44,122 nt of DNA from Promethearchaeota archaeon (GCA_016926735.1 JAFGOA010000031.1:1-44122), one strand, 5' to 3'; shown: positions 8,974 to 21,766, counted from the first letter of the stretch. A program made the numbers and translations. The notes: a model not told the origin generated them from the letters alone.

Positions 8974-9921
8974 TTGATAAATATGTTAGAAATAATGAAA
9001 GAATATCAATGTGATATTTGCATTATTGGTGCAGGTCCAGCAGGATTAAATGCAGCCCTATATTGTAGTAGAGCAAATCGGGATATAATAGTTCTTGAAG
9101 GTAAGGTACAAAGCGCTTTAGAAAAAACAAAAAAAATAGAGAATTGGTTAGGAGAAAAAAGCATTAAAGGAGAAACATTATTAAATAAATTTAGAAATCA
9201 TGTGAATAAATTAGAAAATGTTAGAATCATAAAAGGAGATGTTATTTCTCTCATGTTAGGAATGGGAAAAAATATGATTTCAACAAGAGCAGCAAATATA
9301 ACTGCAGATGTAATTGTTATTGCTACAGGAACCGGAGAAAGAAAAGAAGTTATTAAAGGAGAATCTAATCTTTTGGGCTATGGAATTTCATATTGTGCAC
9401 TTTGTGATGGTCCTGCATACAAAGAAAAAATAGTGTATCTATATGGTGAAGATGATGAATTAATTGAAGACGCTCTAATTCTTCATCAAATGGGATGTAT
9501 AGTGAATATAATTACTCCAAAGGATATTACTGAATTACCTGTAAACATAGAAAAAATAAAGAAAAAATCAATAAATATCCTTGATAAAATGAATATTATT
9601 GAATTAATTCCAAATTCAGAAGGTTTATTAGAAAAAATGAAATGCAAATCAGTGTCTTCCGAACAAGAAGAAGAAATTGAATTGGATGCTCTATTTATTT
9701 TTTCACATGTTCCTTCTACTTCAATTTTTAAAAAAGCCGGTGTTGAATTAGATGATAAAGATAATATCTCTGTTAATCAAAACCAAGAGACAAATATTAA
9801 AGGGGTTTATGCTGCTGGAGATGTAACTGGAGGGCTCTTTCAAGCTATATTTGCTGCCGCGGAAGGAGCAAAAGCAGGGATAAATGCTGCAAAATATTGT
9901 AGACAATTGGAGAAAAAATAA
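8974..9921 (+). CDS. trxB: Thioredoxin reductase-like flavoprotein with atypical NADPH site
   Basis: IIGAGPAG, ATG, SYCALCDG redox motif, TNIKGVYAAGD; the true start may be a downstream ATG. Confidence 0.85.
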   Translation: MINMLEIMKEYQCDICIIGAGPAGLNAALYCSRANRDIIVLEGKVQSALEKTKKIENWLGEKSIKGETLLNKFRNHVNKLENVRIIKGDVISLMLGMGKNMISTRAANITADVIVIATGTGERKEVIKGESNLLGYGISYCALCDGPAYKEKIVYLYGEDDELIEDALILHQMGCIVNIITPKDITELPVNIEKIKKKSINILDKMNIIELIPNSEGLLEKMKCKSVSSEQEEEIELDALFIFSHVPSTSIFKKAGVELDDKDNISVNQNQETNIKGVYAAGDVTGGLFQAIFAAAEGAKAGINAAKYCRQLEKK

Positions 9922-10159
9922 TCAATCAACTAAAAATTCTTTATATATTAATCTTAAATCTCAGTTCTTGGTTATTATTTTTACTATTATTTAAACTACA
10001 CGCTCTTCAATAAAATTATCTTTGATTATATCTTCAATTTTAATTAAATCATTATAATGTTTTATTATCACATTTTTATTCTGACTGTAACCTTTTTTAA
10101 AAAATAAAAAAGTAAATTTATTCCAATTTTTAATTTTCTTGATTATTCATATCACCTAA

Positions 10160-10183
10160 ATATTACAAGGTATTATGTAATAT
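10160..10183. promoter_or_regulatory. Inverted repeat ATATTACA-N8-TGTAATAT upstream of xerA
   Basis: Perfect 8-bp arms ending 23 bp before the xerA ATG; function inferred. Confidence 0.35.
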
Positions 10184-10206
10184 CTCCATAATATATCTAA
10201 ATAACT

Positions 10207-11130
10207 ATGGAAAATTATAAGATTTCTGACTTTTTAGAAGATTTTCTAATTGCAAAAGAAGTAGAAGAAGGATGTAGTTCATCTACAATTAGAGCTTATC
10301 GTTATGATTTAGAAAAATTAATTGAAATAATTGGAGATATTGAGATAGAACACAAACTCATTCGTCAAAAAATAAGATTTTTTTTAAAAATACTAAAAGA
10401 TAAAAATTATACTAAAAAAGCAATAGGAAGAAAAATAGCATGTTTGAGATCATATTTTAAATTTCTTACACTCAATGAGTTTATTTCAATCAATCCTATG
10501 TTAACAATTAAGACTCCTAAAATAAGGATAGAAGAAAGTCTTCCGAAATTTTTAGATCTTAAAGATATAAAAATAATTCTTATGCGATTAAAAAATAGGT
10601 CTATTTTTAATACAAAAAAGAGCGAAAGATATTACTTAATGATTAGATTATTGTATTCTACAATGGCAAGAGTAAGTGAATTGTGTAATATAAAAATAAA
10701 AGATATTAATTTTGAAAAGGGGTATATAAACCTAAGGGGAAAAGGGAATAAAGAACGAATTGTACCTGTTGATAATGGAACTTTAGCTAATATTTATGAG
10801 TATTTAGATAATCGAATTAAATATAATTCAGATGAATATCTTTTAGTAAATACAAGAAATGAACAATTAAAACCACGAGTTGTACAAAATGATATTAAAT
10901 TTATTAAAGAAAAATGTGATTTTCCAGATTCTAAGAAAATTACTCCCCATGTATTTCGTCATACAGGTGCAACTCATTTAAGGAGACATGGTATGGATAT
11001 AAGTGAACTCCAAGACATTTTAGGACATAGTTCTCCAAATACTACACGAATATATGCTAAAAATGATATATCAAAGTTAAAAGAATCTTATATTACAATG
11101 CATCCACTAAGTAATTCAAGAGATTTATAG
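10207..11130 (+). CDS. xerA: XerA/XerC-D-like tyrosine recombinase
   Basis: N-terminal SxSTIRAY; catalytic R (ARVSEL), K (GKGNKER), HxxR (TPHVFRH), H (LGHSS) and Y (TTRIY). Confidence 0.9.
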   Translation: MENYKISDFLEDFLIAKEVEEGCSSSTIRAYRYDLEKLIEIIGDIEIEHKLIRQKIRFFLKILKDKNYTKKAIGRKIACLRSYFKFLTLNEFISINPMLTIKTPKIRIEESLPKFLDLKDIKIILMRLKNRSIFNTKKSERYYLMIRLLYSTMARVSELCNIKIKDINFEKGYINLRGKGNKERIVPVDNGTLANIYEYLDNRIKYNSDEYLLVNTRNEQLKPRVVQNDIKFIKEKCDFPDSKKITPHVFRHTGATHLRRHGMDISELQDILGHSSPNTTRIYAKNDISKLKESYITMHPLSNSRDL

Positions 11131-11303
11131 AATATTTTTTTTTTCAAAAATGATTTTATTGTCATTCATTATTATTAGATCAATTCAAATTGATTAAGAA
11201 CCTGAATTATAAAATTTTATAATTTTTACAATATTTATCAATGTATTGAGAATTAATATAAGAAAGTTTAAACTTTAGATATTCTATATCTAGATATTAC
11301 TTT

Positions 11304-12521
11304 TTGAAAAGGCTATTTTTAAGGATAATTATGGATGAGGATAAATTTAGAGCAGAATTCAGTAAAAAGTCTATCTTTAGACAAGCAAGCTCATTAGATT
11401 TAAGTTATGTTCCAGATAAATTATATTGTCGTGATGATGTTCTAACTGAACTAATTCATAATCTTAAACGTATTGTTGATGAAGATAAACAACCATCAAT
11501 GAATATCTTAATCCATGGTAAAGGAGGAGTTGGTAAAACCGTCACAGCTCGATTTTTTGGCAAGAATTTCAAAACCATAGCATTAGAGAAAGATGTTCAA
11601 ATATTCATAGAATACTTTAATTGTGTGAATTTTCGTTCAAAAAGTAAAATTATTAGAGAGTTATTAGGTAAATATACACATGGATCTGGAAGAGGATTTT
11701 CTGATGATGAAGCAATAAAGCTTATTCTTGGTCAATTAATAAGAGACAATGGTTATATGATTTTAATCATTGATGAAATACACCTTTTAAATCCAAAAGA
11801 AGTTTGGGCTATATTAGATATAGCAGAAACGTTTGGACATCAAAATGCTAAATTATCTATAATACTTATTTCTAGAACTAAAGATTGGATGCGATTAGAA
11901 ACAGAACGTATATTGAGTAGATTGAATTCAAAAATAAAATTAAATCCTTATAATATTGACGAGGCTAAACAGATAATACAATATAGAAGTGAACTTGCAT
12001 TAAAAGATGGGGCATTAAGTGATGAAATTATAGAAATGATCTCACAGATTGTCGTAGAACATGAAAATATGAGACATGGTATTGAAATTTTAAGAAAATG
12101 TGGACAACATGCTGATAAAAAAGCGTTTAATGAAATAACAGCAGATATGGTTCGTGAAGCATCTAATGATGTATATCCCACTTTTCGAGGAGATATTGTC
12201 GATAAATTGAACGAACAAGAATTATTGGCATTATATGGAGTTGCTCAATCATTACTTGAAAAAGGAACGCCCTATACTATTGTAGATGATGCATATGAAC
12301 AATATCAAATTATATGCGAGACTTATGAAGTTGAGGTTCATGTAAAGATGAGTTATAGAAAATATATAAGACAACTCACTCAATTAAAAATAATCTCATC
12401 AAAAACAGTAAGAATTGATGATGATAAAAGAGGGAGACATCTTGAGATAACACTATTAGATATTCCTCCAATAAAGGTAATAGAACTTTTAAATAAACTA
12501 TTTGATAAAAAATATAATTAA
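11304..12521 (+). CDS. cdc6: Orc1/Cdc6 replication initiator (likely start ATG 11331)
   Basis: YVPDKLYCRD, Walker A GKGGVGKT, YFNC, Walker B IIDE, C-terminal wHTH ending RGR. Confidence 0.9.
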   Translation: MKRLFLRIIMDEDKFRAEFSKKSIFRQASSLDLSYVPDKLYCRDDVLTELIHNLKRIVDEDKQPSMNILIHGKGGVGKTVTARFFGKNFKTIALEKDVQIFIEYFNCVNFRSKSKIIRELLGKYTHGSGRGFSDDEAIKLILGQLIRDNGYMILIIDEIHLLNPKEVWAILDIAETFGHQNAKLSIILISRTKDWMRLETERILSRLNSKIKLNPYNIDEAKQIIQYRSELALKDGALSDEIIEMISQIVVEHENMRHGIEILRKCGQHADKKAFNEITADMVREASNDVYPTFRGDIVDKLNEQELLALYGVAQSLLEKGTPYTIVDDAYEQYQIICETYEVEVHVKMSYRKYIRQLTQLKIISSKTVRIDDDKRGRHLEITLLDIPPIKVIELLNKLFDKKYN

Positions 12522-12578
12522 CACTTGAATGATTATAGGAAAAGTTATTTCTATTTATTCGACTCTTATAATCCAAAT

Positions 12579-12812
12579 CTAATATTTTTGTTTATCATCC
12601 TTAGATTTTGCATACCAATCCAACCAATCTTTTTTTCGTTTTTTCTTTCTTTCTGATTCATCTAAATTATCAAGGTTTTGATTTCTAATTTTTTGCCAAT
12701 AATTATCCAATTCAAAACGATTTAATGAAAGACCACATGAATTACATACCATACATTTTAAGTCTGGATTATAAGTCATTTTACCCGCACATTCTGGACA
12801 GCGTGAAGCCAT
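12579..12812 (-). CDS. Small Zn-ribbon protein with charged helical tail
   Basis: CPEC...CNSCG followed by RKKKRKKDWLDWY. Confidence 0.8.
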   Translation of the reverse strand: MASRCPECAGKMTYNPDLKCMVCNSCGLSLNRFELDNYWQKIRNQNLDNLDESERKKKRKKDWLDWYAKSKDDKQKY

Positions 12813-13220
12813 ATTAAAAAATTTCCTTTTAGGTAGTTAGTATTATTTAAAATTAAAATAATTTTTGAATACTTAAAAAAAAAAGGAGATATTAGAAATT
12901 ATTAATATCTAAAGATTGATTTTAGAACAAAAGAAACAAAATAAGTATATCTTTTTTGAACTGCTAACATTTAAGTAGTTGGATTCTTGATTCTATGACC
13001 CCTTCACTAAGTGTGTCTTGTACCATCTCTATAAACATAACTTCCCGTTCTCCCCATGATAGATGGATAATAAATAATTGTTCTTCTTAATTATCAATAT
13101 CATTAATTGATTTTGCTTTAATTTATAATATAGAGTATAATAATTTAGGGAATTTTATGCTTATTCATCCAAACCGTAAAGAACATTACTTTCTGCTACA
13201 ACATGGCAAAAATTATTTTA

Positions 13221-14558
13221 TTAAATAGATATTTTTAAATTCGAGAAAGCGATGTAAGGAAAATATGTATTTTCAGAGAATTTTTGCTCTTTTGAAATAT
13301 AAGCACAATTTTTAAGCATTTCTAATATATTTCCACTAATATTTCCCCCTTTAATTGGATTATTTATAGTTCCATTCTTTATATAATATCCATTTCTTAT
13401 CTCTGCTCCAAAATTCCCTGAAAATTGATCAGGATTCAACCAAGAACATTTTTCTATGAAATATCCTTCTTTAATAGTTGATATTATTTCTTGTATAGAT
13501 AAATCTCCTGGAGGAATTATTAAATTGGAAACCGTATTAGCTATTGTTCCTTCAGAAGTTCTAATTCCATTACCTGTAGAAGATATATCTTCTAAAATTG
13601 CATATTTTTGATCAAATATTCGGGTTTTGAAAACTCCATTTTCTATTAGAATATTTTGTTGGTGTGGATTTCCTTCGCCATCCCAAGGATTTGAATTTAA
13701 TCCTCTTTGAAATAATCCATTATCAATGATGTTAAAATTGTCGCTAGCTATCTTTTCATTAAGTTTGAAAGAAGTTGTTTTATCATGAAAAGCTTGCCCT
13801 GAAGTATGAAAACTTAACACTGGAATTAATGCATCTTTTAATAAATTAGGAGATAAAATTACGATAATATTATTCTTTGATTCAGGTAGTTTAGCTTTTA
13901 AAGCATCCTTTGCATTATTTGCCCATTTTTCGATTCTTGTCTCTAAATGTAAATCTTTAGAATCTTTTATATATTCAATATCCCAAAATTCTGATAATTT
14001 ACCATTATTTTTTGCTTTAAGTGCAAATTCAAAGAAAAAATATGTTTTAATCGATTTTAAATCCAAATTATTACTATTTCTTAAAAATCTATTTTGAATA
14101 TGAACTCTAAACTTGCCAAAACTAGGGTTAATTTTATCTTGATTTTTAATTGCTGATTGTAATATATCAGAATATTTATTTTTAGTCTCTAATGGATTTT
14201 TTATAATAAAATTCTCTGCTAATTTAATATTTTTATAGGATTTTTTATCAGGAAAGTAATACTTAGAAGTATCATTAATCATTGATAATTTCTTACATTT
14301 TTCTATATCCTTTTCTATTTTATCATCTTCCAATGAATTACCCTTTATTAATCCAATTCCGGTTTTGTCTCCTTTTTGCTCAAGAATTCGTATAAAATAT
14401 TGAATAGTGTTAATATCTCTTTCTGATTCTGTCTCATTTTGAATAAATTGAGTTTCAAATACTTTTGATTCTAAAAAATAAATATCATAATCTTCAACAT
14501 TACTATTTTTAATCTTTTTTTCTAATAAATCTAAATTATAAATTGACATAAGTTCCAA
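13221..14558 (-). CDS. pmbA: PmbA/TldE family protein (non-catalytic partner)
   Basis: PWDGEG, LIENG, STGNG, SNLII.PG and SGNF motifs; no HExxxH; directly downstream of tldD. Confidence 0.85.
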   Translation of the reverse strand: MELMSIYNLDLLEKKIKNSNVEDYDIYFLESKVFETQFIQNETESERDINTIQYFIRILEQKGDKTGIGLIKGNSLEDDKIEKDIEKCKKLSMINDTSKYYFPDKKSYKNIKLAENFIIKNPLETKNKYSDILQSAIKNQDKINPSFGKFRVHIQNRFLRNSNNLDLKSIKTYFFFEFALKAKNNGKLSEFWDIEYIKDSKDLHLETRIEKWANNAKDALKAKLPESKNNIIVILSPNLLKDALIPVLSFHTSGQAFHDKTTSFKLNEKIASDNFNIIDNGLFQRGLNSNPWDGEGNPHQQNILIENGVFKTRIFDQKYAILEDISSTGNGIRTSEGTIANTVSNLIIPPGDLSIQEIISTIKEGYFIEKCSWLNPDQFSGNFGAEIRNGYYIKNGTINNPIKGGNISGNILEMLKNCAYISKEQKFSENTYFPYIAFSNLKISI

Positions 14559-14604
14559 ATCTTTTTTTTAATTTTTTTTTTTTCAATGATAACGAAATAA
14601 TACT

Positions 14605-15975
14605 TTATCCAGGACTTATTAATGCTTCTTTTACTCGTACATAACTTCCTCCACTAGTAACAGGAACAAAATCTTCATATCCTTTTCCGCACATCCCTGG
14701 TTTCAAACTTAAATTATCCTTACTTATTGCATCTATTGATTGCAATAAATCTAAAACAGAACCACTTAAAGTTATTGATTTTAATAATTTTGTTTGTTCA
14801 CCATTTTTAATTTGATACCCTTTTTTTGATGTAACTTGTAATCCTCCTCCGAGAGGATCTTCCATTCCAAAATATCCTCTACATAACATTACACCGTCTT
14901 TTATGTCTGAAATCATTTCCTCTAAAGAATTATCTCCTGGCTCAAAATAAGTATTACTCATTCTAACATTTAAAGAATGAGCATTACTTTCTCTTCTGCC
15001 ATTTCCTTGAGGAATAGCATCTAATATAGAAGCTGTCATTCGGTTATGAATAAAGTTTTTTAATATACCTCCTTCAACTAGTATATTTCTACCTGATTTT
15101 ATTCCTTCATCATCAAAAAAATATGAACCTAATTCATTATTTATATTGGGTGCATCATAGATATTACATTGATCTGATGCGACCTTTTTGTTTAAAAGGG
15201 TTTTTAAATAACTTCTATCTCTCATTATTTGATCAGCTTCTAAACCGTGTCCAAAGGACTCATGGGCAATTAAACCTGACATATCAGGATCAAGAATAAT
15301 TATGAAATTTCCAGACTCTGTATGTTCTGCTTTTAACATGTCTAAAGAATTTTGAGCTATATTTTCAAGTTTATTGTCAATTTCATTGAAAATTTCATAC
15401 CCTATTTCTCCTCCTGCAGAATAATAGTCAAAATCAATATTATTTCCCTCTTTAGCAATAGGTTGGATAAAAATTCTAGTTCTAGGAATAACTTGGCGTA
15501 AAATACTTCCTTCATTATTAACCAAAATTCGAGAGGATAAAATCTCAGTATAACCTATTATAGGATTTACTATCTTATCATCAAAATTCTTAATGAATTT
15601 ATATATTTCACGAATTTTATCAATTTTATCTTCAATATTTATCTTTTGAGAGTCTATTTGAGGAAGAATTGTCTTATCTAACTGCCAACCTTCATTTATT
15701 TTTAGTTTATTTTCTATTTCTGATGATCTTGGAAACATTGATTTGATTTCTTTTATTTGAGATAAATTATCAAAAGCAAATTCCCTCCATTTTCCTACAA
15801 AGGTTCTTCCTACACATCCCATTTGACTACTATTCTGAATAATTTCATCCGATCGTGTTTTTCTAATTTTTAAAGAGGACGTCTCATCATATAAAATATC
15901 AAAATATTGATTTTTCCTTTTAAAATCATTTGAAATCTCTACAAATGATGATATTATTTCTTCATATGATTGCAT
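14605..15975 (-). CDS. tldD: TldD metalloprotease
   Basis: HESFGHGLEAD, FDDEG, GNGRRES, RMSNTY and C-terminal CGK. Confidence 0.92.
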   Translation of the reverse strand: MQSYEEIISSFVEISNDFKRKNQYFDILYDETSSLKIRKTRSDEIIQNSSQMGCVGRTFVGKWREFAFDNLSQIKEIKSMFPRSSEIENKLKINEGWQLDKTILPQIDSQKINIEDKIDKIREIYKFIKNFDDKIVNPIIGYTEILSSRILVNNEGSILRQVIPRTRIFIQPIAKEGNNIDFDYYSAGGEIGYEIFNEIDNKLENIAQNSLDMLKAEHTESGNFIIILDPDMSGLIAHESFGHGLEADQIMRDRSYLKTLLNKKVASDQCNIYDAPNINNELGSYFFDDEGIKSGRNILVEGGILKNFIHNRMTASILDAIPQGNGRRESNAHSLNVRMSNTYFEPGDNSLEEMISDIKDGVMLCRGYFGMEDPLGGGLQVTSKKGYQIKNGEQTKLLKSITLSGSVLDLLQSIDAISKDNLSLKPGMCGKGYEDFVPVTSGGSYVRVKEALISPG

Positions 15976-16093
15976 TTTAATTTACCAATATTAAATTATT
16001 CATAGAAAAAACAGCTAAGGTTATAAATATTTACCTACCTAAAATCCGTGTTTTTTTATAGAATTTTCCAATATTTTATGAATAATTAGAGGG

Positions 16094-16984
16094 TTAAGAT
16101 ACAAATCCGTTTTCCATTTTAGAAATTCTTTTTTCTAATACAGTTATTGTTTCGATAATATTACTAATTTTAATTGTTATTGTTTTAATTTGATTTTCCA
16201 ATGATGATAATCTATTCAAAGTCCAATAAATTACATCAGATTCTCTACTTGGTTTCATTAACCAATTAATAATATTTGAGATTAATTTTTTATTATCTTT
16301 TTGACTGATACCTATATTAGGATCATTAGTAAAGATATCAATATCTCCCAAGGTTATTATTTTACCTTGTCCAAATTTAGAATAAGCTCCAACAATAAAT
16401 TCTTTTTTTGATTTATCTTCATCCCATTTCTTTATCGTATCATCATACTTCTCTGCCCAAGTATTTTTACTTAATTTGAGTATGGGGGAAGAATTTTCTT
16501 TTAACAATAGTGAGCATGTTCCTCCGATAACAATCTCTCTTAATTGATTAGTTAATTTATGGTTTGGAAAAGAATCAATCGTTAAAATGCTCGAACAATT
16601 TATATTTTTCTGATTTTCTTCTTTAACAATATTATCTTCGAATAAAATATTAAAAAAGTTACCTGAGATATCATTTAAATTAGTCTTTTGAAGATAATCT
16701 CCCCCATATTCACTAATTAAAAGGAGCGAGCCCCCTGTTCTAACATAATTCATGATATTTTCAATTTCTAAATTTGAAAAATAATCATTTATAGGATTCC
16801 CAATGATAAGAATATCTATATTTTTTAATATACCCTTGTTTATTTCTGAACTTTCATTATGAACTATTTTGAGATTAAACATCTCTAAAAGACTTAAAAA
16901 ACCAGAAAATTCATTATCAGAAGGATTTAACATTTCATTATGAGATAGATCAAATAATATGACTACTTTATCAGAAAAAGGCAT
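16094..16984 (-). CDS. GIFT (GldG/IFT52/DUF4350-like) domain protein with C-terminal coiled coil
   Basis: FDLSHNE, DILIIGNP, YVRTGGSLLL, TNLN, GKIITLGD.DIF, DNKKLISNIINWL; heptad-like tail; no signal peptide. Confidence 0.7.
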   Translation of the reverse strand: MPFSDKVVILFDLSHNEMLNPSDNEFSGFLSLLEMFNLKIVHNESSEINKGILKNIDILIIGNPINDYFSNLEIENIMNYVRTGGSLLLISEYGGDYLQKTNLNDISGNFFNILFEDNIVKEENQKNINCSSILTIDSFPNHKLTNQLREIVIGGTCSLLLKENSSPILKLSKNTWAEKYDDTIKKWDEDKSKKEFIVGAYSKFGQGKIITLGDIDIFTNDPNIGISQKDNKKLISNIINWLMKPSRESDVIYWTLNRLSSLENQIKTITIKISNIIETITVLEKRISKMENGFVS

Positions 16985-17269
16985 TTTTTTAAGATAACAA
17001 TTTAAACTTTATTTCCATAAAGAAAAAACACCTATAAAAATAATTCTATGCATTTTTTTGCTTTTTTAAGTATTTTATAATTTATATGAAAATTTTCGGA
17101 TTTTTAAATTATAATAGAAAAACAGAAAATTAGATCTTTTTTTTTCAATATAATTAATGGACAAAAATCTTATCTTGAGTAATTTTCAGAAAATTATACA
17201 AAAAATGATTAATAAGAAGATTTTTAAAAGTTATAAAATAATTCCATTTGGAATATAACAAATACATAA

Positions 17270-19550
<2,281 letters not shown>

Positions 19551-19726
19551 AATTAATTTATCTTTGAAATAAATATTTAAAATTAATATGTTTTCTTATT
19601 TCTTTTTGGAAAATAGATTAATATATTTTAAAAGTCTATGTACATGATGTACTTTTTCAAACTAGGATTTCTATTTTAAATTATTTTTTATAAAAAATAA
19701 AAGAGAATTAAAAGAAAAGAAAAAGA

Positions 19727-20215
19727 TTAAATATCAACTTCTAAAGGCTTTACTGAAAGATTTTTTCCACATTGTTCGCAGAAAGCAGATCCTTTTGTAT
19801 TTAGAAGTGTTTTAACATTACTTGAGAATGCTTTACCACATTCAGAGCAAAAGCTAATCTTACCTGGACGTTTTTCTATTATTGCGGAAACTCCGCTATT
19901 ATAATCACCATATTGATAAGATGACACTGGTTGATTTGTTCTTCCTTGAACAGAATTATAAGCACGCTTAAATAACTTAGCAAAACCTAAAACTAACGCT
20001 TTAAATAAATGATAAAGACCTTTTGCTAAATAGTAAATTAGATAAGCCACACCTTTAATGATATAATATACTAAAATACCCGCTAATATAAGAGCCGCAA
20101 CGATCCCGATAATTATTAGAATTTGACCAAATAATGGTTGAGCTAGAAACCATTCTGCAAATTGAGTCCAATAATATTCAATCCATTCTAATGCATTGTT
20201 TGCTATATCACTCAT
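19727..20215 (-). CDS. Membrane-anchored Zn-ribbon protein
   Basis: N-terminal hydrophobic helix; FCSECG...FCEQCG; AGGTG RBS upstream. Confidence 0.8.
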   Translation of the reverse strand: MSDIANNALEWIEYYWTQFAEWFLAQPLFGQILIIIGIVAALILAGILVYYIIKGVAYLIYYLAKGLYHLFKALVLGFAKLFKRAYNSVQGRTNQPVSSYQYGDYNSGVSAIIEKRPGKISFCSECGKAFSSNVKTLLNTKGSAFCEQCGKNLSVKPLEVDI

Positions 20216-20395
20216 TTTATTATAACACCTAATTATTTATTTTATTTTCTTAATTATTGAATAGAATAAGCATAATAAGAATAAATCGGAGTCCAATTTT
20301 TAATACCAGAATTAATAATTATTTGGTCTGTAATTATGATGTTAATTATATCTTCTTTGATAGAGAACGATTTTTAAGAGATATTAAATAAATCT

Positions 20396-21766
20396 TTATA
20401 ATATAAAATCATTTCTCATTTTCATTTTTTCATGTATATCAGGAAAAAGATTCTCCAATCTTTTAATATCTTTAAATTGTATAGATTTGAATTTACATAT
20501 CTCTCCATATAATTTTCCACTCTTTTTTAATGTTCTTTTAAAAGTATTATAATCCACATGTATAAGACCAAAACGAGGATTAAATCCATAAGTCCATTCA
20601 AAATTATCTAATAAAGACCAATAAATATATCCTTTTACATTAATCTTATTCTGTATTGCTCTATACACTTCTAATAAGTGTGAAATAATATAGTATTGAC
20701 GCCATTCATCATTTTCTGTAGCAATCCCATTTTCAGTGATAATAAGAGGTTTATCCGTAAACTTTGATGCTTTTTCTAAAATATTAAATATTCCTGAGGG
20801 AAATGGTTGCCAACCAAGATCGGTATAAAGATACTCATTTTTTATATTTGGGAGACTTGGGGACTCACCTTTAGGAAAGTCCTCTGATGAGAAATAAATG
20901 CGATGATAATAATTTAATCCCAGAAAATCAAAAGAATCTTTTAAATTTGGTACTTCCTCTTTTTCTGAACGATAAGGTAATTTTCCTGTTTTTATTGAAT
21001 TAAAAAAAGAGTTATTCATAAATTCCTCTCTTTGAGAGGCCTTTTCATGATCTTCAATTTGATTTGATAATACTTCTATATCTTCAATAACTTTTACGAT
21101 TCCAATAAATTTGATATTATAATTGTTTTTTAGAATATTATATGCCGAAGCATGCATTCTTAATAAATTATTAACAACTTTTTGGGTAATTTGAGAGTCT
21201 TTTTTAGAAGGAGGCATTTTCCCTAAACCATATCCAAGTAAAGCTAAAATTAATGGTTCATTGATTGTACACCAATAGTCTATTTTATCCTTGAACTCTT
21301 TTGCTAATAAATCGACGAATTTTTCAAAATAAATAAGATTCTTTTTATTTTCTAATCCTCCTTTCTTTGAGAACCATAATGGTAAGGTGAAATGAAAGAT
21401 TGTAAGCATTATTTTAATATTATTTCTATTAAGCCAATCAAACATTTTATGATAATGTTTAATAGCTTCAAAATCGATTTCGCCTTCTTTGGGAATTATT
21501 CTACTCCATTCAACAGACATTCTGTATATATCACAGTTCATTTTTTTTATTAGACTAAAATCTTCTTCATATAAATTCCAATGATTTGTTGCGAATCCTG
21601 CTTTTTGATTGTTTTGTATTTTTCCTGGAATTTGTTCAAATTCCCACCAATCAGAATTGTCAATATTACCTTCTATTTGATATGAAGAAGTTGCAGCTCC
21701 AAACAAAAAACTATCTGGAAATCGTATTCCATTTTTCACCATATTTAAATGAAAAGAGGTTTTCAA
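20396..21766 (-). CDS. Glycoside hydrolase family 1 (beta-glucosidase/galactosidase)
   Basis: FLFGAATSSYQIEG, TINEP (acid/base), ITENG (nucleophile), WSLLDNFEW. Confidence 0.95.
   Translation of the reverse strand: MKTSFHLNMVKNGIRFPDSFLFGAATSSYQIEGNIDNSDWWEFEQIPGKIQNNQKAGFATNHWNLYEEDFSLIKKMNCDIYRMSVEWSRIIPKEGEIDFEAIKHYHKMFDWLNRNNIKIMLTIFHFTLPLWFSKKGGLENKKNLIYFEKFVDLLAKEFKDKIDYWCTINEPLILALLGYGLGKMPPSKKDSQITQKVVNNLLRMHASAYNILKNNYNIKFIGIVKVIEDIEVLSNQIEDHEKASQREEFMNNSFFNSIKTGKLPYRSEKEEVPNLKDSFDFLGLNYYHRIYFSSEDFPKGESPSLPNIKNEYLYTDLGWQPFPSGIFNILEKASKFTDKPLIITENGIATENDEWRQYYIISHLLEVYRAIQNKINVKGYIYWSLLDNFEWTYGFNPRFGLIHVDYNTFKRTLKKSGKLYGEICKFKSIQFKDIKRLENLFPDIHEKMKMRNDFIL

Noticed and set aside
9990-10157. 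GGTGAT-ATG start divergent from xerA
   Set aside because: Gives only MNNQEN*; a longer product needs a frameshift and has no recognisable motif.
11274-11294. TTTAGATAT..ATATCTAGA as an archaeal dif site
   Set aside because: The arms resemble Thermococcales dif, but the spacing is far too short for an 11-6-11 site.
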